A stretch of 59,680 bases of DNA, the filler included. It is 4 parts of 4 records of this genome, joined end to end, with 100 filler letters (N's around TTAATTAATTAA, not from the genome) between each part and the next. Parts side by side here need not be neighbours in the genome. Positions count along the whole stretch, not along the records: positions 38,758 to 54,532 come from SRR20825019_1843; positions 54,633 to 59,680 come from SRR20825019_1856; 2 more parts are not named here. The stretch is one strand, 5' to 3'. How positions within the stretch are numbered: the stretch's first letter is position 1; the number at the start of each line of letters is the position of its first letter. The translations under genes and the position numbers were made by a program. A model generated the notes under the pieces. The model was not told the DNA's origin and did not search any database. It was given only the letters and a program-made list of their open reading frames with translations. Positions 46,191 through 55,636 of this stretch are shown here, piece after piece.

Positions 46191-48248
46191 CTAGAATGTG
46201 AGGTCTTGATCCACTAGGGCCTGGGAATCCCAAGACTGGGTATCATCGCGTACGAGAGCAGCCCCTGCCTCGCGGTTAATCTCGGGGTACACCTTAGGCT
46301 CGATAGCCCTGAGGTGACGCAACTGGGTCTGGGGTGCAAGCTTCGTCTTCATGCCCAAGACGCTGACACTCTTGCTTGGTACAGCAATCAAACCGGCATT
46401 TGCGGAGAGTCTCTTGGAACACACGAAAATCATATCGTTGAAGACCTGCTCAACCGATGCAGTGGTGCCAGACAGCGCCACGCTTACATTTCCTGTAAGC
46501 TGCACCTCCACATTCCTCGAGATTGGGTTCTGGAACTTGTCAAATGATGCCCGCTTGCCCTGTAGCTTCTCGCGCAGCTGGGTTTTGGGAATGCGCTGGC
46601 TGTCATTCGACATGTTGAGCACATTTACGTAATCGGCGTGAATTCCCACGATGCAGCATACAGATGAGTCGTTGAGACGTACCAGGTCGAACAACCTCCA
46701 CTCCTCAGTGCGGTGGGTGGTTCCTGTTGCGGTGACCATCTGGGTAAGCCTGCACTCGTTGCTACGGACGCTGAACTGCTTGGTGGTAACGTCGGAGATG
46801 ATGATCATCGCACCATCAGGGAAGGACTTGGCAACGGTGCCGCTCTCTCCACGATGGGGGCCGTGAGACTCGACCACAATGTGAGACCCGTCGGGGAAAT
46901 AGCGAGAGAGGTCATGCAGAGAAGCACCAACTGTTAGAATACCGCCACGGCCACTGGTAACAGCCACCTTTGCTGTGTTGTCAATGCTGGAGATGTCGAC
47001 GATTTTTCCGACGACGCCCTCAAGTGCATTTCTAATTCGTACAAAGTCGCCCATGGCAAACTGAACTGCTACAGCACCTCCGCCCAACATATTGGCAACG
47101 GCAGTTACCTTGGCCCTGTCGTTCCTGTAGAAGAAGGCAATTTCGTCGGCAGTGGGGCGAGGCATCTTATCTCCCTTGAGGACCAGCCGCACACTTACCT
47201 GGACACGCAAATATCCCTCATCGGTGAAGGTAAGAGGTCCCCAGGAAATTAGCCCGTTGACTGACCTCTGTGCACCAACGGCAAGGCTAGGATTGAAGAA
47301 GCGAGGAGTGGGATCAATAGACCCCTTAACGTATTTTGTGTACGGCTTTCCAACGAAATCCTCACGGGGAACGACGTCAAGTTCAACCTGGCGTCCCTCC
47401 TCAGCAACACCTACTACAACGGCAAGGGCATCCTTGTAGGGTGCCCGCCTGAGTCGCACGTAGTCACCAGTTTTCACAGGCTTATCACCAGACGCCTGAC
47501 GCTCCATCAGCTGCATCAGCTCGGAGGGATTCACAAGGGCAATAGTGAAGCGGAAAACGCCCTCGAGGCCTTCAAGGGCCTCCTTGACGAACAGCTCACG
47601 GTACGACTCGATGTAGATGAACTCCTTGACATGGTCGACAGCAAACACTGAAATGATGCGGAGGTCCACCTTCTTCTGTTCATAGTTGTTACCGTGTAGA
47701 TACTGGTAGCACTTATTAATAATACGTGCAACAAGGATCCTACCCATACCGCGGCGGCAACGGACAGAGAAAACCTTGGGATCGGCGGGCTGGGGAAGAA
47801 GTGCTTGCTGGAATCGTGCTTGGGGGTTGAATCCACCATCATGATCATCATCATCGTCATCATCGGCATACACAGTTCCGGAGAGGTAGCGCTCCTTTCT
47901 GGCAGCTGCCTCTTGCTCAACAGACATACCACTGTAGTCAGGCTGGCTCTGCTGCAGACGCATACGGGTGCGGTTAGCCCTCTCAAGTGCAATATCGTCC
48001 TGCTCATCCTCAACCTCGTCAGGGGCATCCATCTCGTCGCTCTCATCCGACTCAGCGCCATCATCGACGAATACAGAGGTACGGGGACGCTTGGCTCCCT
48101 TGGACTTCTTCTCCTTTTTGGACTTCTTCTCCTTCTTCTCCTTCTTACTCTTCTTGTCCTTAAGCTTCTTGTCAGACTTGTCGCGCTGGGAGGGAACCAT
48201 ATCTTCTTGAACCTCTCCACCACCGAGCAGCAATGATTCGTCGTCCAT
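46191..48248 (-). CDS. SPT5: Transcription elongation factor SPT5
   Basis: Acidic/Lys-rich N-terminus with FVDDGAE, LLPQPADPKVFSVRCRRG (NGN start), KEFIYIES, KOW repeats GDYVRLRRAPYKDALA and GPHRGESG. Confidence 0.88.
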   Translation of the reverse strand: MDDESLLLGGGEVQEDMVPSQRDKSDKKLKDKKSKKEKKEKKSKKEKKSKGAKRPRTSVFVDDGAESDESDEMDAPDEVEDEQDDIALERANRTRMRLQQSQPDYSGMSVEQEAAARKERYLSGTVYADDDDDDDHDGGFNPQARFQQALLPQPADPKVFSVRCRRGMGRILVARIINKCYQYLHGNNYEQKKVDLRIISVFAVDHVKEFIYIESYRELFVKEALEGLEGVFRFTIALVNPSELMQLMERQASGDKPVKTGDYVRLRRAPYKDALAVVVGVAEEGRQVELDVVPREDFVGKPYTKYVKGSIDPTPRFFNPSLAVGAQRSVNGLISWGPLTFTDEGYLRVQVSVRLVLKGDKMPRPTADEIAFFYRNDRAKVTAVANMLGGGAVAVQFAMGDFVRIRNALEGVVGKIVDISSIDNTAKVAVTSGRGGILTVGASLHDLSRYFPDGSHIVVESHGPHRGESGTVAKSFPDGAMIIISDVTTKQFSVRSNECRLTQMVTATGTTHRTEEWRLFDLVRLNDSSVCCIVGIHADYVNVLNMSNDSQRIPKTQLREKLQGKRASFDKFQNPISRNVEVQLTGNVSVALSGTTASVEQVFNDMIFVCSKRLSANAGLIAVPSKSVSVLGMKTKLAPQTQLRHLRAIEPKVYPEINREAGAALVRDDTQSWDSQALVDQDLTF

Positions 48249-48411
48249 TATTAACTATTATTATCTACAGCTCCGAAAATCGAACTAGGGTCAGTACCGA
48301 AACGGTGCCTTCGGGGTGGGAAACATGTGAAGTGGTAGGTCTACATAAAAATATCAAACATTCAATAATCATCCACGTAAATAATCATGTACATACTTTG
48401 ATACATTGCGG

Positions 48412-48840
48412 TTAGGCGTCCATGGGGGATACCTCAGAGCCCTCCCCGTTGTAATACTTCCCAAGCCACCGCTGGCCCTTTGCATCGGTAAACACACCCA
48501 TACCGTGCATTAAATTGTTGCGCCACTCCCCCTCATAACTGCACCCATTGGACCACTCGTAGCGACCTTGGCCGTCAAATACATTTCTGTGAAATGACCC
48601 TCTGTAGGATGCACCAGTGGCAAATGTAAGGTGGCCCTCACCAGACATTGAGTCGTCAATCCACTGTCCGTCATACACACTATTTACGTCAACGTACACA
48701 CCATTCCCGTGGCGCTTGGGTGAGCTGCCCTCCTTCCGGACTACCTGTCCGTCGTAGCGAGACCCATCGGGAAATACATAAACCCCAATGCCTTCATATC
48801 CACCATCATCCTTCTTGTCGTCCTTCTTTTTGGGTGGCAT
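48412..48840 (-). CDS. MORN repeat protein (MORN2-like)
   Basis: Repeats of Y.G.W......G.G.Y....G and an MPPKKKD start. Confidence 0.9.
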   Translation of the reverse strand: MPPKKKDDKKDDGGYEGIGVYVFPDGSRYDGQVVRKEGSSPKRHGNGVYVDVNSVYDGQWIDDSMSGEGHLTFATGASYRGSFHRNVFDGQGRYEWSNGCSYEGEWRNNLMHGMGVFTDAKGQRWLGKYYNGEGSEVSPMDA

Positions 48841-48923
48841 TTAAACCTTATGACTTAGAGGGAAAGAGAATTTGCACGGATACAATACGAGCTTACAATT
48901 ATCAAAGGCAGAACAATAAAACT

Positions 48924-49466
48924 TTACAGAAAATAGATAACTGGTTCGCTGAGAGAACGTAACCGAACAAGTCCGCAGATTTCCAGAAATGCAAACAGGA
49001 ATTGTGGCATCAACACACCGCGAGTGTCGATAACTACGATGAACGCATACAGGAAACACGAGCATAGGGCGGCCGTTTGCAGCCATCGCAGCGTAAACAG
49101 CGCAGCAGCCATAAACATCAAATTGGGGAAGAGACCCACAACCAAATAGGCAAGCCACAGCCCAGGAGTCATCGACCCTGCAAGTGCCAATGAGGCGAAT
49201 ATGTAGATGATATCTCCAACCCCAATCAGTAAGCACACCGTGAAGGCCTTGTTACGCTGCTGCTCGACCGCAAGCACCCTCTTTGGCATGCTAAAGTTTC
49301 CTGATCGAGGGCGAGCCTCCTCAGCCGCCTGCGAGACCTCACTTGCAACGAATGTCAAGTTTTCTAATCCACCATCGCACAGTCCCACCACCTGACGATT
49401 CGGTTGGAAATCGTCTTCCGTGATCCCCACCCGATGACGTCGATAAGTAGCGATTGTCTCTCCCAT
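48924..49466 (-). CDS. Hypothetical membrane protein with about four C-terminal TM helices
   Basis: 180-aa ORF in the array with a hydrophobic C-terminal half. Confidence 0.65.
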   Translation of the reverse strand: MGETIATYRRHRVGITEDDFQPNRQVVGLCDGGLENLTFVASEVSQAAEEARPRSGNFSMPKRVLAVEQQRNKAFTVCLLIGVGDIIYIFASLALAGSMTPGLWLAYLVVGLFPNLMFMAAALFTLRWLQTAALCSCFLYAFIVVIDTRGVLMPQFLFAFLEICGLVRLRSLSEPVIYFL

Positions 49467-49548
49467 ATAATATAGTGTACGCTATGAAGGGGAATGTATA
49501 GAATCCAATCAACTAGCATAATGCCCACCCAAACGGTAAATATGTAAA

Positions 49549-50982
49549 TTACAAGAAACCCATTCGGAGGAGGGTTGCTGCCGCATCAATACCACCCAGG
49601 AGGGCAGCTCGCTTGGTTGTCCAAATGTCAAGAAGTGGAGATTCGCAGTGGAATCTTTCCATTGGCGGAGGGCTATCCAATTCCTCCCCTGATGTCCCAT
49701 GTACGCTGCAAATGACATCATTAACGGCAACAAACATATTACCGTGCACGAGCGATAGATTACTGTGTGGGCTCCCTAGAACAAAATAGGCAAATCGGGC
49801 AAGTGAATTCGCGACAACGGTTGAGACTTGTCGTATCAACACATTTGAACTTCGAGATGCCCGCTCTCGAAGGTACTCCGCACAAATCAGCTCATACTGA
49901 CCACCCCCGGCCACCACCAATAAAGAGGCATAGAGCCTACAAAGGCAGCGAACACAGCTTTGGATTTGGAGCTGAATCAGAGTATCGGCCCCAGTGTCAC
50001 CAGTAGATGGAACTGAAATTGTAACAACAGCTGACCTATCGACGCTTTCAAATAAAGTACCGTTCGAAGCGGACTGTACAAAGCAGCTCCCACATGAATC
50101 AGACCCAACCAAGTGGAGCTGCTCAGGGGAGGATAGTAGAGTTGCGGCGGATATTATCCGGACAGAGTGGATATAATGTATAGAGAGCCGCTCAACGCAG
50201 GCCAACCCAGCCCGCACCAGTAACTGTTGTATTGTAGGGCCCAGTACCCGTTGGGATGCAATAACATGTGCCTGGCACCGCTGGGCTGCAACTATTAACG
50301 ACTCCCACACTGCAACATCGTCGTCATCGATTGAAAAGGCTATCAACAACACACACACAGGTGTTGTGGGGACTGTGCCGACTATTGGCCGTCGCACCCA
50401 AAACCCCCGTCGCAACGCACACTCTTGCGTATTTCCAACATCGACCAGCACACGTTGCGGATACAGCTTTCCATCAATATTAACGGAACCACAGGCATCA
50501 ACCACCAAATTGGCAATACGCCTGCGGAGCGTGCTGTCCTGGATGGAGTGCAGCATTGTGTAGGCCGCAATTGGAAGGTCGGCCTCCTGTACATCTACTA
50601 TGCAGTTGATGGGTGCGCATCGGGGATCGAAATATTCAATGAGCCAACTATGTACCGCTCCAAGGGCCATGGACAATGAAGTAGGTTCAACACGTACCTC
50701 AAGGCGACAAGTTCCGATGACGATGTCCGCCATCAAAAAACTAAATAGCCACCCTCCATCCTCACATGTACTGACATGAGCACGCACCTGAGCTAGCATC
50801 CACCGCCAGAGGAGGGCATCGTTTGCACCCTGGATCCGCTGGCACATAGTAAGGGCACCCTGTAGAACTAGAACGCTCTTTACCACCCCTCCATCATCAC
50901 CCTGAACGAACACTGTGGGCACACCGTGGGGCCCAGCACAGGTGGTCGATAACTCTACCATTAGGGACGCACATCGCTCCAT
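49549..50982 (-). CDS. Divergent chaperonin-like protein, most like BBS6/MKKS
   Basis: TCAGPHG, H.....DGG, VIASQRVLGP.IQQLL, VERL, AGGG..E...AEYL, LD..T.K..AL...IDAA..L. Confidence 0.7.
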   Translation of the reverse strand: MERCASLMVELSTTCAGPHGVPTVFVQGDDGGVVKSVLVLQGALTMCQRIQGANDALLWRWMLAQVRAHVSTCEDGGWLFSFLMADIVIGTCRLEVRVEPTSLSMALGAVHSWLIEYFDPRCAPINCIVDVQEADLPIAAYTMLHSIQDSTLRRRIANLVVDACGSVNIDGKLYPQRVLVDVGNTQECALRRGFWVRRPIVGTVPTTPVCVLLIAFSIDDDDVAVWESLIVAAQRCQAHVIASQRVLGPTIQQLLVRAGLACVERLSIHYIHSVRIISAATLLSSPEQLHLVGSDSCGSCFVQSASNGTLFESVDRSAVVTISVPSTGDTGADTLIQLQIQSCVRCLCRLYASLLVVAGGGQYELICAEYLRERASRSSNVLIRQVSTVVANSLARFAYFVLGSPHSNLSLVHGNMFVAVNDVICSVHGTSGEELDSPPPMERFHCESPLLDIWTTKRAALLGGIDAAATLLRMGFL

Positions 50983-51066
50983 GTAGCATTGACTATGAGA
51001 GCAAGTAAAGTAATACACAATGAACCATTTCAGTTAAAGATATAACGTGGAAACAAATATTTAAAT

Positions 51067-51858
51067 TTATATTTGAGTTGAGGTTATGTGCATAAACATA
51101 TGGGTATGGGCCCGCAGTTCGGTAAATGCTTCTATGTCGTCAATCAGAGCAGGTGGGCACCTATCACCGTAGGACTCTGCCAGCGCTGCCAGAGCCGTAT
51201 CACACCCTACGTATGAGCCATGTTTTGTCTGAATCAGCATCGACGAAGCCGCCACACTAATCCCAGCAGTTGCTGCTATCTGGACTAGCTTGGTAGTTAT
51301 GTGCGCATTCTCCTGAAATAGTACTGTAAGCCTTGACAAATCGATACCAAGGGCCACAGATGTTTTGATAAGGTTCTCAAATGCCCTCCATGTCAGGCCT
51401 GGTGCCCCCTCTTCCCATATAACGTGTGTAGCCCCCAGATCGAAGAGAGCCTTCGTATTGTCGGCTACCCTCGATGGAGCAATATATACCCCCTCATAGG
51501 GACAGGCAAGGGCAGACCTCATCCACACTGTCATATCACAACCTTGGTCGACGGCTTCATAAATCAAATTCTGAGCATCCAACTGGGCAGCGGCGTGTGT
51601 TCGTTTTCCCAGTATAAGTGGGGCCTGTAGGTCACCAGAAACGCACTCACATGCCATCCGTCTAAATCCATGAGAGGAGCAACTGCGCACCGCCTCTCCA
51701 GAATTAACGTTTACTACACACGATGCCCTATGTGCGGTTTGAATCGAGGATACATGGGTAAATGGCAGGTGCACAACACCAGCCCCTGCGGTTAGGGAGT
51801 TCATTGCCAGCTGTGCATGACGCGATCGGACAAGCAACGGTGCAATATCAGCTATCAT
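51067..51858 (-). CDS. HMG-CoA lyase-like protein lacking catalytic residues
   Basis: SALACPYEG..IAPSRVA...KALFDLG matches the HMG-CoA lyase motif. The RD, HxH and GGCP motifs are not present. Confidence 0.65.
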   Translation of the reverse strand: MIADIAPLLVRSRHAQLAMNSLTAGAGVVHLPFTHVSSIQTAHRASCVVNVNSGEAVRSCSSHGFRRMACECVSGDLQAPLILGKRTHAAAQLDAQNLIYEAVDQGCDMTVWMRSALACPYEGVYIAPSRVADNTKALFDLGATHVIWEEGAPGLTWRAFENLIKTSVALGIDLSRLTVLFQENAHITTKLVQIAATAGISVAASSMLIQTKHGSYVGCDTALAALAESYGDRCPPALIDDIEAFTELRAHTHMFMHITSTQI

Positions 51859-52102
51859 ACTTAACGCTTTAAATGTAAGGAAAATAATATAATAGAATAC
51901 AAGTCATATTCACACAGGAACGCACCACATGTGCCACAGCTTAAACTACCTACGCCCAAAGGGAGGTAGTCAACAAACAGTTGGAATTTTGTAAATCGAT
52001 ACAAGGTTCGTACATTGGACAAAATGCTCGTACTCGGGGGCGTACGGACATCTCGCTGATACATTCTACTGTTTAAATGGATTAGAGGGTTTAGTACATT
52101 AC

Positions 52103-54532
52103 TCAATAGTTGAGCTGTGTGAAGAGGGCGGTACCTCGCATCACGAGGTAACTTTCTGGGTCATTCTGGCGGCGGGGAAGGTTGATTACCATGATAAAGT
52201 TGGTTGAGTGACCGGTGGTAGATAGCACACCCTGACGATCAGTTGTCTTGTAGGTGGGGCATCGGTAGTGTGGGACCTCTACCAAATCTTCGGGCTTGAC
52301 TGGCTTCATGTAGATGATGGGGAAGCGGACGTAGAGCTCCTTGGGCTTGCTTTCACAGAGGAGTCCTGTTTCGTTGTTCCAGCCAGCTCCCTCAAGGAAA
52401 AGCCCGTTGATGAAACAACCATCCTCAGGGGCCTTGTCGTATGTCTCCTCAGTCATAATAGTGAAATCCCACACTAGCTTGTCGATCTCGATACCATACT
52501 TACGGGCATAGTTTTGCATAATACCTGTGAGGAAGGACTGAGTGAAGAAGAACCCAGAGATCCAGAAAACTGGAGGTGGGCCTTCATCAATCCACTTCTG
52601 TAGGAAGGCGAGTCGGGCAAGCAAATCGGCGATGTAGGAGCCAAATGGCTTGAGGGAGGGGAAGGAGCGCTTCCTCCAACCATCGGGGATTTTATTGTCA
52701 TAGATGGCGTTGTAGACCTGCTCCAGATCGGCGCTCATGACCACCTCTCCTCGAATAGCCATTTGAACTGAATCAAGGCCACTTCGGACAATAGCCAGTA
52801 GGCGATTGTAGCGAATAAGTTCTTGGAGGAGGACAGTGTTCATAGACTGGCCGTAGGTGAGGGGGTACTTGGCAGTAATCTCCTCAATATCGAACAGCTT
52901 CGGCATAGACGAGTGGACATCTTTAGCTGACTGAAGCACAACCTTCTTAGGGTCCAGTGCCGAGTCTTTTCCAGAGGCTTCCCTGGGTTGGGTGCTTAGG
53001 GTTGCTTCTAATAGGAGTCGGGCATCGCGCTCATCCTTGGTGATATCGGCATTACCGTGAAGGCCGAAGATACCAGGCTTCTGCTCCCATGGGAGGGATT
53101 GGATGTAGTTGACATAGTCGGAGTGCTCACCTTCTTCGGGGGAGTAGTACTCGGGGGAATCCATCGAGAAGCGATAATCGTCCAGTAGGATATCGGGGGT
53201 GAAGAAGACGTTGAGGGTTGAGAGGAGGCAACGGCGATCCCAGTCATCTGTAACACGGCCACCATAGTTACACTCTCCTACAAGGTAGGATAGTGCCTCG
53301 TAGGGAACCTCTGGGTTCTCGTTGATAAACATATGAAGCTGCTTCACACTAATACGCATATCTGTGTCGTTGAACTCATAAGGACGATTCCAGCCGAGGG
53401 GGCCAAACTTACGACGCTCCTGGACCAAAGAGTGGAAGAATGTAAGACCGAAGAGGAGCTTCTTGAAGGCCTCGGGCTTATTACTGCTCTCAAAGAACTT
53501 GGGGTCTACAATAGGGTCTGAGGTAAAGCTACGAAGGAGGTTACTACGGAGGCCCTTGGGGGGTTCTTGGACCAACTTCATACCGTTCTGGAGCACGGAG
53601 ACGGGGAACTCCTCGCTTGGAAGACTTGTGAGGAATAGGCGGTAGTCCTTGTTTAGGGTATCCTTGAGGTCGTCGCGGGAGTACTCCTCAATAATGTTGG
53701 CAAGCTCGGGCATAAAGTCGCGGTACAAGTGGCAATTCTGAAGTAGCACCCAGTTACCCTGCCTCTTACCGTCATTGAGAAGCTCCTTAGCGGGGACATC
53801 CTGGCCCTGTCCTAGGGACAGCTTGAACAGGCGTTTGCTCATGCCACGGAGTTCGGCGACACGATCCAGCTCTGCATTGGGATCAGCTCCAGCAGACAAG
53901 ACGAAGATGATGGCAATGCTGGAGTCGCGTTGCAGTTCGTCCGTGATCTGCTCAAGGTTGAATAGCGGAGGCTCCACAAACCGCTCTCCAAGCGCCTTGT
54001 TAACGTACTCTGAAACGCCTGGAACAACCTTATCCAGACGGAGGCAGCGAACGAGGACAAGTCGCTGAATTCCTGTGAGGTTAGCGAAAGCAGTAGGCAG
54101 AGGCTCTTGGAGAGGCTCGGAAGACTCGTAGAAGGTACGCATCATTTCCTGGTTGCTAACAAATACCTTCAGGCACGAGGCGAAGGCGGGAAGCTGGGTG
54201 GAGGCCCTCCAGAGGAGCTTCCAGCTTAGATCTGGTAGCCAATCCTTGTATGGGTTGGCTGTGACACCTGCATCACGCTCGATACCTCCCGTAAGCAACC
54301 AGCGCACCTCAGCTGGGTCAACATCGAAGAGCTTAACACACATAATGAACGAAAAGAGGAGCTGATCTTTTGCAAAGAGGGAGCGGCAAATTTTCTTGTA
54401 GAGGGAAAACTGGAAGGTGGAGATAATGTTGCTGATACGCTCCTCAACCTCCTCCCCAGCCTCACTATCGACAAGAGCGGACTGGAACAGGCCAATGTAG
54501 AATTGTAGAGAGTACTGGTACATAGGGTCGAT
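52103..54532 (-). CDS. Axonemal dynein heavy chain (inner-arm type), C-terminal ~810 aa; 5' part cut by contig edge
   Basis: IDPMYQYSL, ICRSLF.KD.LLFSF, LSLGQGQ, WVLLQNCHL, ERRKFGPLGWN.PYEFN, YGGRVTDDWDRR, GVLSTTGHSTNF. Confidence 0.96.
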   Translation of the reverse strand: MDPMYQYSLQFYIGLFQSALVDSEAGEEVEERISNIISTFQFSLYKKICRSLFAKDQLLFSFIMCVKLFDVDPAEVRWLLTGGIERDAGVTANPYKDWLPDLSWKLLWRASTQLPAFASCLKVFVSNQEMMRTFYESSEPLQEPLPTAFANLTGIQRLVLVRCLRLDKVVPGVSEYVNKALGERFVEPPLFNLEQITDELQRDSSIAIIFVLSAGADPNAELDRVAELRGMSKRLFKLSLGQGQDVPAKELLNDGKRQGNWVLLQNCHLYRDFMPELANIIEEYSRDDLKDTLNKDYRLFLTSLPSEEFPVSVLQNGMKLVQEPPKGLRSNLLRSFTSDPIVDPKFFESSNKPEAFKKLLFGLTFFHSLVQERRKFGPLGWNRPYEFNDTDMRISVKQLHMFINENPEVPYEALSYLVGECNYGGRVTDDWDRRCLLSTLNVFFTPDILLDDYRFSMDSPEYYSPEEGEHSDYVNYIQSLPWEQKPGIFGLHGNADITKDERDARLLLEATLSTQPREASGKDSALDPKKVVLQSAKDVHSSMPKLFDIEEITAKYPLTYGQSMNTVLLQELIRYNRLLAIVRSGLDSVQMAIRGEVVMSADLEQVYNAIYDNKIPDGWRKRSFPSLKPFGSYIADLLARLAFLQKWIDEGPPPVFWISGFFFTQSFLTGIMQNYARKYGIEIDKLVWDFTIMTEETYDKAPEDGCFINGLFLEGAGWNNETGLLCESKPKELYVRFPIIYMKPVKPEDLVEVPHYRCPTYKTTDRQGVLSTTGHSTNFIMVINLPRRQNDPESYLVMRGTALFTQLNY

Positions 54533-54632
54533 NNNNNNNNNNNNNNNNNNNNNNNNNNNNNNNNNNNNNNNNNNNNTTAATTAATTAANNNNNNNNNNNN
54601 NNNNNNNNNNNNNNNNNNNNNNNNNNNNNNNN
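54533..54632. other. Artificial contig spacer
   Basis: 44 N + TTAATTAATTAA + 44 N. Confidence 0.98.
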
Positions 54633-55417
54633 TGGGTACGACGCGCAGCAGCTGCTGTTATAGTAGTGCTAGGAGTAGGTGGCACAATGGAGTACGAGGC
54701 CCGTATAGCACTACTAGCTGCTACCTGGCCCTGTGGGTATGCCAACCGAGCCTTCTTAACCTTGTTCCAGAAGGAGTGGGACGCCTTCCCCATAACCTTC
54801 ACAGACTTGAACCTACCGTTACCACCAGCACTCTCTCCTGCTGCCTTGAGGACAAGGGGGTGGGTAATGTAGGAGGAGGGGGAGGATGCTGACTTAGACA
54901 CTGTAAGCATACGACGGCCCTTTGTAACCCTCCAGGCAAACTCATGGTCGGCAATAAGAGCTAGGTCTAGCTCAGGAGTGGAAGGAGGCATGTCGTCGTC
55001 GTCCTCGTCGGAGGAGGTGACATCGTGATCCGTTTTCTTCCCACCACGTTTGTAGGATCGCTTCTTCCTTGAGGATGCCCGGCGTGCCTTTGGGGGAGCC
55101 CTGGCTCGTGGGGTGGTAGTGGTGGTCGATGACCGAGTACGCGTTCCCCCACGACCACCAGCAGTGGAGGAGGAGGATGCATATACAATGGGGGTATCGC
55201 TGGTAGGTACGAGGGGTGCACCAGCATTAAGCCTTAGACCATTGGGGGTCGCTGCGGGTAGACGCGTACGTGGTGGTGGTGCTGACTGCGCTGGGGGTTG
55301 TTGCCGTGTTGGAGCTCGAGCAGCTTGTTGGTTTTGCTGTTGTTGCTGCCACAGCTCCCTCGACCTCTTAAGTCCTGCAAGTAGATCTACTCGAGGCGGA
55401 CCGTTTGATTGATCCAT
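54633..55417 (-). CDS. Hypothetical low-complexity protein, 3' end cut by contig edge
   Basis: ATG 55417, open frame to the gap. Q/P/T/R-rich with basic and acidic patches. Confidence 0.65.
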
Positions 55418-55636
55418 ATGGGTTGTTTAATTATAGGTGTTTTGTTTTAAATTGAGCCTTGTAGAATGAAAAGGAGAAATAAATGCAAGAGAACATTACA
55501 AGTAAAACGGGAGTTTTTTGCAAAACAAGAAGAACAATGTAAAAACTACTGTAGTGTGTTGTGTGTGTGGTTGGTGTGCCCTTCAATTTACGAGCATCTA
55601 ACCAAAGGGGGGGAATACCTCCTTTGGACTTCCCTG

